A stretch of DNA of 64,000 bases from NCBI GenBank assembly GCA_046293555.1, contig JBKBOT010000004.1, positions 19,372-83,371 of the forward strand, in the 5' to 3' direction. This stretch comes from Pyrobaculum sp. (lineage in GTDB: Archaea; Thermoproteota; Thermoprotei; Thermoproteales; Thermoproteaceae). The number at the start of each line of letters is the position of its first letter. The stretch's first letter is position 1. The notes beneath the pieces are model-generated. The model made no database searches. It had not been told where the DNA came from and saw only the letters and a list, made by a program, of their open reading frames with translations. Shown here piece after piece: positions 8,603-17,008 of the stretch. A program made the position numbers and the translations under genes.

Positions 8603-9041
8603 TTTTTTTCAACACATTTTTAAAGGTCTTATATACAGCTGTCTTAGATATCTGATATCTCTCCGCCAATGTGGCCAAGTTGCCTCCATTAGCCATAGAC
8701 TGCAACACCTCCCTCTGTCGAGGCGTGAGGAAAAGCTCCCGGCTGTCTAAAGTCTTTATTTCAACCACCTGGTCTTTACTCAAGATCTTTCTCACAGCTG
8801 CATTATCGCTCACAATGACTTTAATCCTTTGGTTTTCAAGTATAGGCCCGCGTAACACATAGCCGGCGGCAAGTAGGCGGTAGAAAACACACTCCTCACA
8901 TCGCGCCGCCATGACCTCCACGCCGCGGTGTGTATGTAGGAGGTAGAAAATCTTGTCGCCACGTATTTTAAAACCAACGATGGCCTTCACGTCGGGGGGA
9001 AGTTTGTCACAAGGACGTAAAATAACTTTTAAAAATTTCAT
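8586..9041 (-). CDS. Transcriptional regulator with C-terminal Bat-like HTH and CxxC
   Basis: LTPRQREVL...LAERYQISKTAVYKTFK; PCD and CEEC in the N-terminal domain. Confidence 0.75.
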   Translation of the reverse strand: MKFLKVILRPCDKLPPDVKAIVGFKIRGDKIFYLLHTHRGVEVMAARCEECVFYRLLAAGYVLRGPILENQRIKVIVSDNAAVRKILSKDQVVEIKTLDSRELFLTPRQREVLQSMANGGNLATLAERYQISKTAVYKTFKNVLKKITALV

Positions 9042-9210
9042 AGCAATAGGTTATTATCTTTATTTAAATTTTATCTTAAATATATTTTTATAACCTATTA
9101 CATCTTTATATATGTGAATAGATTTTTATGTAAAATTGTGTATATTTATAAATTCCTGTTTTTAACGATTATTTACACAAAAATTTTTATAGCTCTCTTT
9201 ATTTTAAAAC

Positions 9211-10053
9211 GTGTTGCCCTATTTAGTATTGCTAAAGCCTAGAGTAATTTGGCTTTTAATATTGGCGTCAGTGGCTGGGTATATATATGCAACTCCACAA
9301 ATAGATCCCATACTCTTGTTGTCTTTATTACTTGTAGCTTTTCTTTCTACAGGAGGATCTGCGGCCTTTAATCATTACTGGGAGAGAGATATTGACAGCG
9401 CCATGACTCGCACCGCCAAAAGGCCTCTACCCATGGGCCTTGTGGCGCCGAAAAACGCCTTGACCTACTCCCTAATGCTTTCAGCTGTTGGCGTGTTATG
9501 CGGCTTTCTATTATTGGGGCCTCTCCCGACATTTTTCGTGGCATTGGGGTGGGTCTTTTATTCTGTAGTATATACGATATTGCTAAAAAGGAGAAGTTGG
9601 CTAAATGTGTTGGGCGGCGGCTTTGCTGGAAACGCCACTTTTCTAGGTGGTTATGCCTTGGGTAAGGGGTATATAGACCTTACAGCCCTGTTGCTCTCTT
9701 TTGCGATATATCTCTGGATTCCTTCACACATATGGGCTCTTGCGTATAGATATAGACATGACTACAGAGCCGCCGGGGTGCCCATGTTGCCCACAGTGGT
9801 GAGTGAAGGCAATGCAATAAAGATAATCTCGACGTTAAATATCTTAAGCGCTTTTTACATCCTGTGGCTATATCTCACTCTCGCGGGGGCAGACCACCTC
9901 TTTTTGTTAGTGGCGGCAGGCGCCGCGGCGTCTATATATACAAGCATAAAAGCCCTCATTGAGAAGAGCGACGAGGCGATGTGGAAGATGTATAAAGCCT
10001 CTAGCCCCATCCTCATGTTGTTTCTCCTCGCCCTTATTTTCGCCAAGCTTTAA
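9211..10053 (+). CDS. ctaB: Protoheme IX farnesyltransferase (heme O synthase)
   Basis: [45 protein letters not shown]. Confidence 0.93.
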   Translation: MLPYLVLLKPRVIWLLILASVAGYIYATPQIDPILLLSLLLVAFLSTGGSAAFNHYWERDIDSAMTRTAKRPLPMGLVAPKNALTYSLMLSAVGVLCGFLLLGPLPTFFVALGWVFYSVVYTILLKRRSWLNVLGGGFAGNATFLGGYALGKGYIDLTALLLSFAIYLWIPSHIWALAYRYRHDYRAAGVPMLPTVVSEGNAIKIISTLNILSAFYILWLYLTLAGADHLFLLVAAGAAASIYTSIKALIEKSDEAMWKMYKASSPILMLFLLALIFAKL

Positions 10054-11018
10054 GGAAGGGGGATAGGCTTCTGTCTGGCCAGCCTCCAGGCCACATATAG
10101 CACCGTGGCGATAGTCAAAACGCCGGCTGCTGTGATCTGGCCTAATAGCCGTAGGGCAGTTGCGATAGTGGCCAGCGCCAACAGCTCCAGCCCGTAGGTG
10201 GGGGCCCCCCTATATAAGACAGAGGGGAGGAAATAGGGCACGCACAACACGGACATCACCAAGGCGAAGGCCATGTACATAAAGTGGTGGTGTACCCCCG
10301 CGAGGGCTATGGCCCATCTAAACGCAAGGGCCCCCACGCCGTAGGGGTCTCTCACCTTGGGCGGAGCCACGGCGGTTAACACAAGTGACGGCAGTAAGAA
10401 GGCCCAGAGGTGCCCCAGCCTAAACGCCAGATAGGCGGCGACATATGTGGAGGCGAGGGCGAGAGAGCTGGCGAGAGAAAACCTCCGCCTAGCCTTAGAG
10501 CTGTCGATACGATATAGCAACGTGTAGACTGACGCCAGAGGGTAGGAGGCTATGGCGTCGAGGTGGCTTCCGGCCGTCGGCAGAAATAATAGCCCCGGCA
10601 CTGTGACGAGATTGGGGACATATGTGGGCTTCCCCCCAAGGCCCTTTATATATAAGATGGCGTAAGTTAGAGAAAAGGGGAGGTAGGCTATGTACCCAAC
10701 CCAGTAGGAGACCACGGCGGCGGAGAAAAACGCGGCGGCTAGCAGCCATGTGGCTGGCCTTTTGGGGACTGCGTTTATAAATCCCGGCAGCTGTATATAC
10801 ATGACGGAGAAATAGAAGGCCAGAAGCCCCACTGCCATGAGGTGGGCGTGAAACAAATGGCGACCAGCCACGGCGTCATATATGGCCAGGAGGAAAGATG
10901 CGGCGGAGACATATAACGCGATTTGTGCCGACTTGATTACAGCCACAGTGGCTTTAAAAAAGGCGTGGGGGTTAGACCTCCCGATTTCTAGCCACACGCC
11001 GCTTCTCACATGTCTCAT
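10050..11018 (-). CDS. Polytopic membrane protein, NnrS-like
   Basis: ~11 TM segments; HAHLMAVG...LPGF resembles the NnrS HAHEM.FG motif; further His in HHHFM. Confidence 0.5.
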   Translation of the reverse strand: MRHVRSGVWLEIGRSNPHAFFKATVAVIKSAQIALYVSAASFLLAIYDAVAGRHLFHAHLMAVGLLAFYFSVMYIQLPGFINAVPKRPATWLLAAAFFSAAVVSYWVGYIAYLPFSLTYAILYIKGLGGKPTYVPNLVTVPGLLFLPTAGSHLDAIASYPLASVYTLLYRIDSSKARRRFSLASSLALASTYVAAYLAFRLGHLWAFLLPSLVLTAVAPPKVRDPYGVGALAFRWAIALAGVHHHFMYMAFALVMSVLCVPYFLPSVLYRGAPTYGLELLALATIATALRLLGQITAAGVLTIATVLYVAWRLARQKPIPLP

Positions 11019-11028
11019 GTACCTGCAG

Positions 11029-11478
11029 TCACGTCAATAACGTCACGACTTTTCTTAACGCCTTTTTGAAGTGTTTGTAGACCGCCGATTTGGAGACGCC
11101 GTATTTATCTGCAACGTCAGACAGACTGTAGCCGCCGGCCACCTGTCTAAGTACTTCTCTCTGGCGGGGAGTTAGAGTGAGGTCGCTAAGCCGCAGGGCC
11201 TCTACTATACGGCCTCTATATGTCTCCACCACCTGTCTAACTGCCCTACTGTCTCTCACCACAATCACAACTTTTCTTCCCTCAAAAATGGGGCCTTTTG
11301 CCACATATCCCGTGGTGAGTAACCTATAGAGGGGACAATTCTCACATTTCGCGACGACGATCTTAACTCCAGCCGTGGTTTGCACTATGTGGTACATCTT
11401 GCCATGTCTAATCTTGACGCCAATTATGTCAAACGGAACGGCGTCGCAGTGATTTAATGTGAGCTTCAAAAATCTCAT
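11029..11478 (-). CDS. Bat-like HTH regulator with CxxC (paralog of 8586-9041)
   Basis: MRFLKLTLNHCD...CENCPLYRLL...LTPRQREVL...SKSAVYK. Confidence 0.75.
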   Translation of the reverse strand: MRFLKLTLNHCDAVPFDIIGVKIRHGKMYHIVQTTAGVKIVVAKCENCPLYRLLTTGYVAKGPIFEGRKVVIVVRDSRAVRQVVETYRGRIVEALRLSDLTLTPRQREVLRQVAGGYSLSDVADKYGVSKSAVYKHFKKALRKVVTLLT

Positions 11479-11504
11479 GATATTACTAATCTCTCTCTTT
11501 TTAA

Positions 11505-11927
11505 CTAGTGTATATGGATTTCGAGGGTGGTGGGCGGCGCCTCGAATTGTATCTTGGCGCCGTCGTCTAGACGTATGGCTACTCTTATGGTTCCCTCTAC
11601 GGCGCCATATATCATGAGGTGGTATGTGAGGTGTCTAAAAGACGCCGTGCTGAAGGGAGCCACACAGACCTTATCTACAGGCAGCATGGCCACCACAGTG
11701 CCGTTAACTACAGTTTTGTGTAACTCCGCCGTGGCTGTATGTGGTTTTTCCAGCTCGGCGCCTATGATACATCTGGTGAAAGGCGTTGGGTTTACAAAGG
11801 TGAAGTATACCATCCCCACGTCTGGCGCCGTCATGACGTAACTGGCGTCTTTCACATAGGGCCTGGCTAGGCCTATATAGGCGAGGGTAATTACGGCGAC
11901 TGTCAGCACTATGGCGAGAAGCCGCAT
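11505..11927 (-). CDS. Copper chaperone PCu(A)C
   Basis: Signal/TM; AELH-x10-M-x21-HLM motif; C-terminal HIH. Confidence 0.8.
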   Translation of the reverse strand: MRLLAIVLTVAVITLAYIGLARPYVKDASYVMTAPDVGMVYFTFVNPTPFTRCIIGAELEKPHTATAELHKTVVNGTVVAMLPVDKVCVAPFSTASFRHLTYHLMIYGAVEGTIRVAIRLDDGAKIQFEAPPTTLEIHIH

Positions 11928-11930
11928 GTC

Positions 11931-12281
11931 TTAATATGGCCTTAAAAATATTGCATATGCCATAGCCACCAACGCCACGAGGCCAATAAAGTGGTCTATA
12001 GGTATGTCTGTATGGGGGATGTGCCAGACGTAGCCCGTGTACATAGATATGGAGAGAGCCAGCTCTCTTGCCAGCAGTAGGAGAAACGCCACGAGGAGCC
12101 ACCTAAATCTGGGGGTTCTCACCCTCACATATCCAGAAATAGCCACGTAGAGCAAAACTGCCGCCACCACCACTGTGGCTGTATGTAACATGGCGTGTCC
12201 TGGCGACAGCCCCTCGTGTTTATGTCCCAAAGAGAGGAGGAGGACGGCTATGGGTATTAGGAAAAACAACAGGCTTCTCAT
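11931..12281 (-). CDS. Small His-rich membrane protein
   Basis: 3-4 TM segments with His residues in loops (HKHE, HAMLH, WHIPHTD, DH). Confidence 0.65.
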   Translation of the reverse strand: MRSLLFFLIPIAVLLLSLGHKHEGLSPGHAMLHTATVVVAAVLLYVAISGYVRVRTPRFRWLLVAFLLLLARELALSISMYTGYVWHIPHTDIPIDHFIGLVALVAMAYAIFLRPY

Positions 12282-13021
12282 AGGTCTATTTTTTTAGAGT
12301 TGTCGTATATGGCTAAAGCCAACGCGGCGAGCCACGCCGCGTATATGCCTGAAAACACCACAAAGATCCACTCTGGTCCCATATGTATGACGTATTCCCC
12401 CAGAGGCCCTAGAGTTAAGAGGTGGCGGTCTACAAGCGCCGTGGCTGTAAGCGCCACCAGCTTTATGGGGTTTGCCAGCTGTATGGCCAACAGGGCTTCA
12501 CTCCCCAGCGGCAGTATGAGGTTTATAAAAGCCACAACTATGTCGTATATTATGGCCAGCCCCGTCCACGCCACCACCGAGTAGAGAAAAGCCGACTCCC
12601 GGCTTTTAGAGATAAGGCCTATATATGTGCCAAGTAGCGACGCCACCGCCGAGACGGACAAGGTGAAAAAAACGGCGGGGGTCCCCCGCAGTAGGAAATA
12701 CGGCGTTATGGCCACAAGGGTGTACGCCAGCGCCAGCGCCAGGTTTGCCACAGCTCTACTCCAGAAATAACCCGCCCTCCCCCAGCTGGAGAGATAGGCC
12801 TCCACAAGGCCCTCTCTATCTCCCACCGTGGAGGCAGTGGAGGCCATCATGGCTATAAAGGAGGCCACCACCGTGAGGAAGTTTATAGAGGTTACCACAG
12901 CCGCAAAGCCGCCGCCTAGAGATGCCAAAGCCACAGAGACAGCCCACCCTAAGGCCAACATGGCGAGATATGGCGGAGTTAAGGCGTCGCGTTTAAGTGT
13001 AAATATAAGCAGTTTAGCCAT
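12278..13021 (-). CDS. NosY-like ABC permease
   Basis: 6 TM segments, DREGLVEAYLS, LANP; downstream of nosD/nosF-like genes. Confidence 0.75.
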   Translation of the reverse strand: MAKLLIFTLKRDALTPPYLAMLALGWAVSVALASLGGGFAAVVTSINFLTVVASFIAMMASTASTVGDREGLVEAYLSSWGRAGYFWSRAVANLALALAYTLVAITPYFLLRGTPAVFFTLSVSAVASLLGTYIGLISKSRESAFLYSVVAWTGLAIIYDIVVAFINLILPLGSEALLAIQLANPIKLVALTATALVDRHLLTLGPLGEYVIHMGPEWIFVVFSGIYAAWLAALALAIYDNSKKIDL

Positions 13022-13670
13022 AGCCCACCACATATCGCATCTCTCCCCACTTGACACATATCTCGTCCCCACAGGCCTCCAGATACGCCGCCTTGGCTTT
13101 CTCCCAGCTGGCCACAGAGGTGACTCTCCCCTCCTGTATATATATCAAGGTGGGTTTAAGTACCAGAAATGGCGCCGGGTCGTGTGTAGCCAGTATGAAG
13201 GGCCTCCCGGCTAGAGACCTAACTAGCTCTACCCTAAACCTAGTCTCTAGGTAGGAAAGCGGCTCGTCCAGAAGAGGTATTTTATCTAGAGAGGCCGCCA
13301 CCGTGAGTAAAACCCGCGCCGCCATGCCGGAAGAAAGCTCCGCCCCCCTCTTGGCGAGAAAGTCCTCTACTCCAAACCTGGGCCTAATGTCCCTCTGGAA
13401 GACCTCAGAGAGGTGTTGTAAATACTCCCCCACAGTTACTGTAGGCGGCAGGCGGGGGGCAGGCGGCAGGTAGTAAAACAGGCCGGGGCCTGCCGGCATG
13501 CCGTCAATCTCCACACGGCTCTTACAGCTATATACGCCGGAGAGGCAGCGGAGGACTGTGGACTTGCCGCTGCCGTTTGGCCCTAACAACAGGGCGGGGC
13601 CGCTCCACCTGGCGTCAAATCTCAGCGAGAAGCCTCTAAACCTCTTCTCTACCGCCGCGTAAATATCCAT
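13014..13670 (-). CDS. NosF-like ABC ATPase
   Basis: GPNGSGKST, LSSGM, LLDEP, ATHD. Confidence 0.8.
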   Translation of the reverse strand: MDIYAAVEKRFRGFSLRFDARWSGPALLLGPNGSGKSTVLRCLSGVYSCKSRVEIDGMPAGPGLFYYLPPAPRLPPTVTVGEYLQHLSEVFQRDIRPRFGVEDFLAKRGAELSSGMAARVLLTVAASLDKIPLLDEPLSYLETRFRVELVRSLAGRPFILATHDPAPFLVLKPTLIYIQEGRVTSVASWEKAKAAYLEACGDEICVKWGEMRYVVGYG

Positions 13671-14809
13671 AACGCCGCCGGCAGTAAGGCAAAGACGGCC
13701 AGCCAGCTGGGTTGACGTACGTCCGGCTGGGGGGTTGGGTCGGCCACGACGGGCCTCCCGGCTAGGGAGTCAATTAGGGCTTTGGCTGGAGATGCGGCCA
13801 GAAAGGCGAGGTCTCCCTCTGTGGCTGTCATGAGGTCTGAAAAGGCGCTGGAGTATACATAGGGCCTGTCTGACGGGTGGCCGCCCCAGAGGTTGTGTAT
13901 AAACGCCGCAGTGGCCGCCGCCTCCCCCACGCCGCGGTGTAATACAGCCACCACGTTGTCTCTAATGGTGTTGTTGGCAAAAAGGACGCCGGTGCCGTTT
14001 CTCCCCCATAGAGTTACCCCAAAGTAGTTCTCCACAATGTCGCAATTTTTAACTACAACACGTGTGCCGCCCCAGTAGAGGACAAAAACGCCGTGGATAT
14101 TCCCACGGGAGGTACAGCCGGCCACCTCTCCCTCTACCTCTGCCAGAAGTAGCCCGTAGCCCTCCGCCCAATTCCTGTTGTCTACCAACGTGGCGTTTTG
14201 TAACGTCGCCGCCGTGGTGTACATCAAGGCGGCTCCCACGTAGTTCTGGCGGGCGTAGAGACCCTCTATAGCCGCCCCGTGGCTAAACATCAGGTGGACG
14301 CCATATCTACAGTCCCAAGTCTCCACATTGCTGATTTTAACCCCCCTGGAGTACTCGACGTATATACAGTCGTGAAAATGTCTAAAAGAGGCCCACGCCG
14401 CCTCCACGTTGCTGGAGTTATATAGATACAGCCCCACGCCCCTCTTGTATATAGGGAGTCCCTCAAGCCCGACGGCGTTAATACCCCTAATGGCGACATT
14501 TGTGGAGTTAAAGACCAGCACCCCCGAGCTACACCAGAGCTCTAGCCTCTCGACGGTTATATTCCTGCCCACAATTAACATACAGCCGGCTGTGGGCTTT
14601 AGCCTATATGCGGTCATAACTGCCGGGAGCTCTACGGCCACCTCCCCGCCTTTAACCACGGCGTTTTTTAAAACCACGTCGCTGGCGTTTATCACAAGCC
14701 TAGAGGCTGTGATGTTTTCATAAACGCCTGGCTTGTCTATTATAACTACAGCCGCTAACGCCTTAACAGCTATTATACCAGCCAGGAGGAGAAGACCAAG
14801 CAGGGCCAT
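13649..14809 (-). CDS. NosD-like beta-helix protein
   Basis: RGVGLYLYNS, HDCIYVEYS, RYGVHLMFS, LMY; C-terminal TM. Confidence 0.82.
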   Translation of the reverse strand: MALLGLLLLAGIIAVKALAAVVIIDKPGVYENITASRLVINASDVVLKNAVVKGGEVAVELPAVMTAYRLKPTAGCMLIVGRNITVERLELWCSSGVLVFNSTNVAIRGINAVGLEGLPIYKRGVGLYLYNSSNVEAAWASFRHFHDCIYVEYSRGVKISNVETWDCRYGVHLMFSHGAAIEGLYARQNYVGAALMYTTAATLQNATLVDNRNWAEGYGLLLAEVEGEVAGCTSRGNIHGVFVLYWGGTRVVVKNCDIVENYFGVTLWGRNGTGVLFANNTIRDNVVAVLHRGVGEAAATAAFIHNLWGGHPSDRPYVYSSAFSDLMTATEGDLAFLAASPAKALIDSLAGRPVVADPTPQPDVRQPSWLAVFALLPAALWIFTRR

Positions 14810-15365
14810 AGTGGAAGTTATTTAAGACACATTTATAACTAACCACCTTCCTCACCTCTCCGCTAGGCTTCGGGGGGCTGTAGACATCGCCACCAATGGC
14901 TTTAACCCGCCAGGGGCTTGACGCCTCGCCTCTCTTGTACCTCTCCAGGTTTTGGGGTGCCACAGCCAATATCCCGGTGCCCATAGCGGTGAACTCCGTA
15001 GTGACCAAAAGGCTGGCCTCCCGCGCCTCTATCCATCTGCCCTCCACTCTATCTATCACACAGACTTGTAACACCTCCCCGCCCGAGTTCTCTACTTCTC
15101 TATGCCATGTGGCTAGACAGCCCACGTCGTCAAAAAAATACCACCGCTCTACTCCCCTCAACCTGACTTTCATCGCCGCGGCTGAGGGGGGGTAATCTAC
15201 CACCATCTTGCAGACTGGACACTCCTCCCGGCCGAAGACAAGCGGCGGCTCCTCCCCACAGTAAAGACCCCCCTCCCCGCCCCTCAGGCGGGACAATACG
15301 CCAAATAACGCCGCCGTCCCCACGAGGCCTAGGAGGAGGGCGAAAAAAGTGCGGCGGGTTGGCAT
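14763..15365 (-). CDS. NosL-like copper chaperone (Tat signal)
   Basis: TRRTFF; CPVCKM, FDDVGCL, TAMG. Confidence 0.8.
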   Translation of the reverse strand: MPTRRTFFALLLGLVGTAALFGVLSRLRGGEGGLYCGEEPPLVFGREECPVCKMVVDYPPSAAAMKVRLRGVERWYFFDDVGCLATWHREVENSGGEVLQVCVIDRVEGRWIEAREASLLVTTEFTAMGTGILAVAPQNLERYKRGEASSPWRVKAIGGDVYSPPKPSGEVRKVVSYKCVLNNFHYGPAWSSPPGWYNSC

Positions 15366-16054
15366 TAGTGGGTGTGCGTCGCCGCGCCTCTACACCAGTT
15401 GGGTCTAGGCATCCCGGTCTTCTGCATCACCTCTCTATATAGCTGAAGCATTTGGTCAAAAGTGTAGATAGTGGCGTTGTGTTTCTTGGCGTCGTCGGGG
15501 TTAGAGAAGGCAAACACACAATCGCCCATGGGGGTCTTCCTGTCTTGTAAGATCACGTAATACGCCCTCTTGGCGTCTACATATAGCTCGACGCCACGTC
15601 TGTGAGCTTCATAATCTGGCACCAACACCTGCTTGACCCCACCCAATACGTTCTTTATGTCATCCACAGTGGCGTTTAGCCTGGCGAGAAAACGCCATTT
15701 CTCTATAGGTATTAACTGCATCCTGAATATACAGCCGATGTCGTCAGTTCTGGCAGCTACCCCCTTGTCGAATATAACTCGCGCCGAGACTCCCATCTTT
15801 ACAGCCTCAGCCACATCCATGCCGCAGAATATACAACGGCGTTCAAAAGTGCCGTTTTTGACAAGTTGTTCCAACAGTGGAACAGGCTTGGCGACAGTTT
15901 GAGTCACCGTAGCGGTCTCGGTTGTTGTCACTGTTTGAGTCACCGTAGTGGCGACAGTTTGAGTCACCACCTTCGCCGGGGCTGTCGCTGTGCCAGCCAG
16001 ATAGGCGGCGACCCCCACCACAATCGCCACCAGAAGTGGAACTACTATTTTCAT
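15365..16054 (-). CDS. NosL-like copper chaperone with Thr-rich stalk
   Basis: CIFCGM, DDIGC, TPMG; (T/V)VTQTV repeats; C-terminal HTH tripeptide (His-Thr-His). Confidence 0.75.
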   Translation of the reverse strand: MKIVVPLLVAIVVGVAAYLAGTATAPAKVVTQTVATTVTQTVTTTETATVTQTVAKPVPLLEQLVKNGTFERRCIFCGMDVAEAVKMGVSARVIFDKGVAARTDDIGCIFRMQLIPIEKWRFLARLNATVDDIKNVLGGVKQVLVPDYEAHRRGVELYVDAKRAYYVILQDRKTPMGDCVFAFSNPDDAKKHNATIYTFDQMLQLYREVMQKTGMPRPNWCRGAATHTH

Positions 16055-16343
16055 AAAGGCCCATGTAATATTTTTGTTTAAACCTTATGGAACAACATGT
16101 GGGGAGTCTCCCGCGGGGGTGTTCTAGAGCGTTAGGCGTTGAGGTAGATATGGCCACATTAAGACATAGGCAAGGGAAAAATATGTAAAATATGCTGGAC
16201 GACGCCGGCGGCCCTGAGGAGTCTCACAGGCTTTGTATATTAAAACGGCGCCGCTGCGATATTCCTTCAGAAGGAGGCCCCCTACAAGCTTATAACAGAT
16301 AGGCGCTGGGGGAGGCCTAGAATTCTAAAAAGCCTAACGGACA

Positions 16344-16817
16344 CTACTTAACTTTAGACATGGCCACGCCTAACAAAACAAAGGCGTAGGCGAGTAGGAA
16401 TACCCCAGCCTTTAGGTAAAACAAGGCTGCCCCAGCCACGTAGACCATCCCGGCGGCCTTAAAGAGGCCTACCCCCGTGGCCTTATATGCCCTTTCCATT
16501 AATATATAAAACGGCACTGTTGTGACTATCCAGGCGGCGGCCACGTGGGCTAGGTAGGGAGAGTTGGTGAGAAAGGCGGTGATAATAGTTAGCCTCAACG
16601 CCGCGGCTGTGGTCAGAGAGGCTGTAAGAGCTGTGGCAAACCAAAACAAGCCCATGGTGTAGATCTGCCTGTTGTTATAGTAATACGCCATCCATCTAGA
16701 GGCCAGTAGTAGAAAGATGTGGGCCACCACGGCCACTGGCAGTAATATCCCCTCAATTATAAAAGAGAGGGCGCCAACAACGCCGAAGACCTTGATAGGG
16801 CCGGGGTCTAGAGACAT
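16344..16817 (-). CDS. DUF996-like membrane protein
   Basis: 4-5 TM segments, TGVGLFKAAG..Y..GA motif. Confidence 0.6.
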   Translation of the reverse strand: MSLDPGPIKVFGVVGALSFIIEGILLPVAVVAHIFLLLASRWMAYYYNNRQIYTMGLFWFATALTASLTTAAALRLTIITAFLTNSPYLAHVAAAWIVTTVPFYILMERAYKATGVGLFKAAGMVYVAGAALFYLKAGVFLLAYAFVLLGVAMSKVK

Positions 16818-16822
16818 AACAG

Positions 16823-17008
16823 CTAAGACCTGGACTCATGTAGCCACCGCTCGTACCACCGCTCAAAATAATAATAAGCCAGCGCCATCATTCCAAGAAC
16901 TAGAAATGAGGAGAAGAGCGGCGGGTCGAAGTGTATAAACGCCACAGCTACGGCGGCGGTCAGTAGAACTACGGCGACTGTTAGAGAAAACCACTTGAGA
17001 ATCCTCAT
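16823..17008 (-). CDS. Small 2-TM protein, possible oxidase subunit IV
   Basis: MRILKWF... from ATG at 17008 overlapping the stop of the subunit I/III gene. Confidence 0.5.
   Translation of the reverse strand: MRILKWFSLTVAVVLLTAAVAVAFIHFDPPLFSSFLVLGMMALAYYYFERWYERWLHESRS

Noticed and set aside
16055-16343. 290-nt gap holding a 52-codon ORF (MLDDAGG...)
   Set aside because: No recognisable motif, repeat or structure; cannot be supported as a gene or remnant
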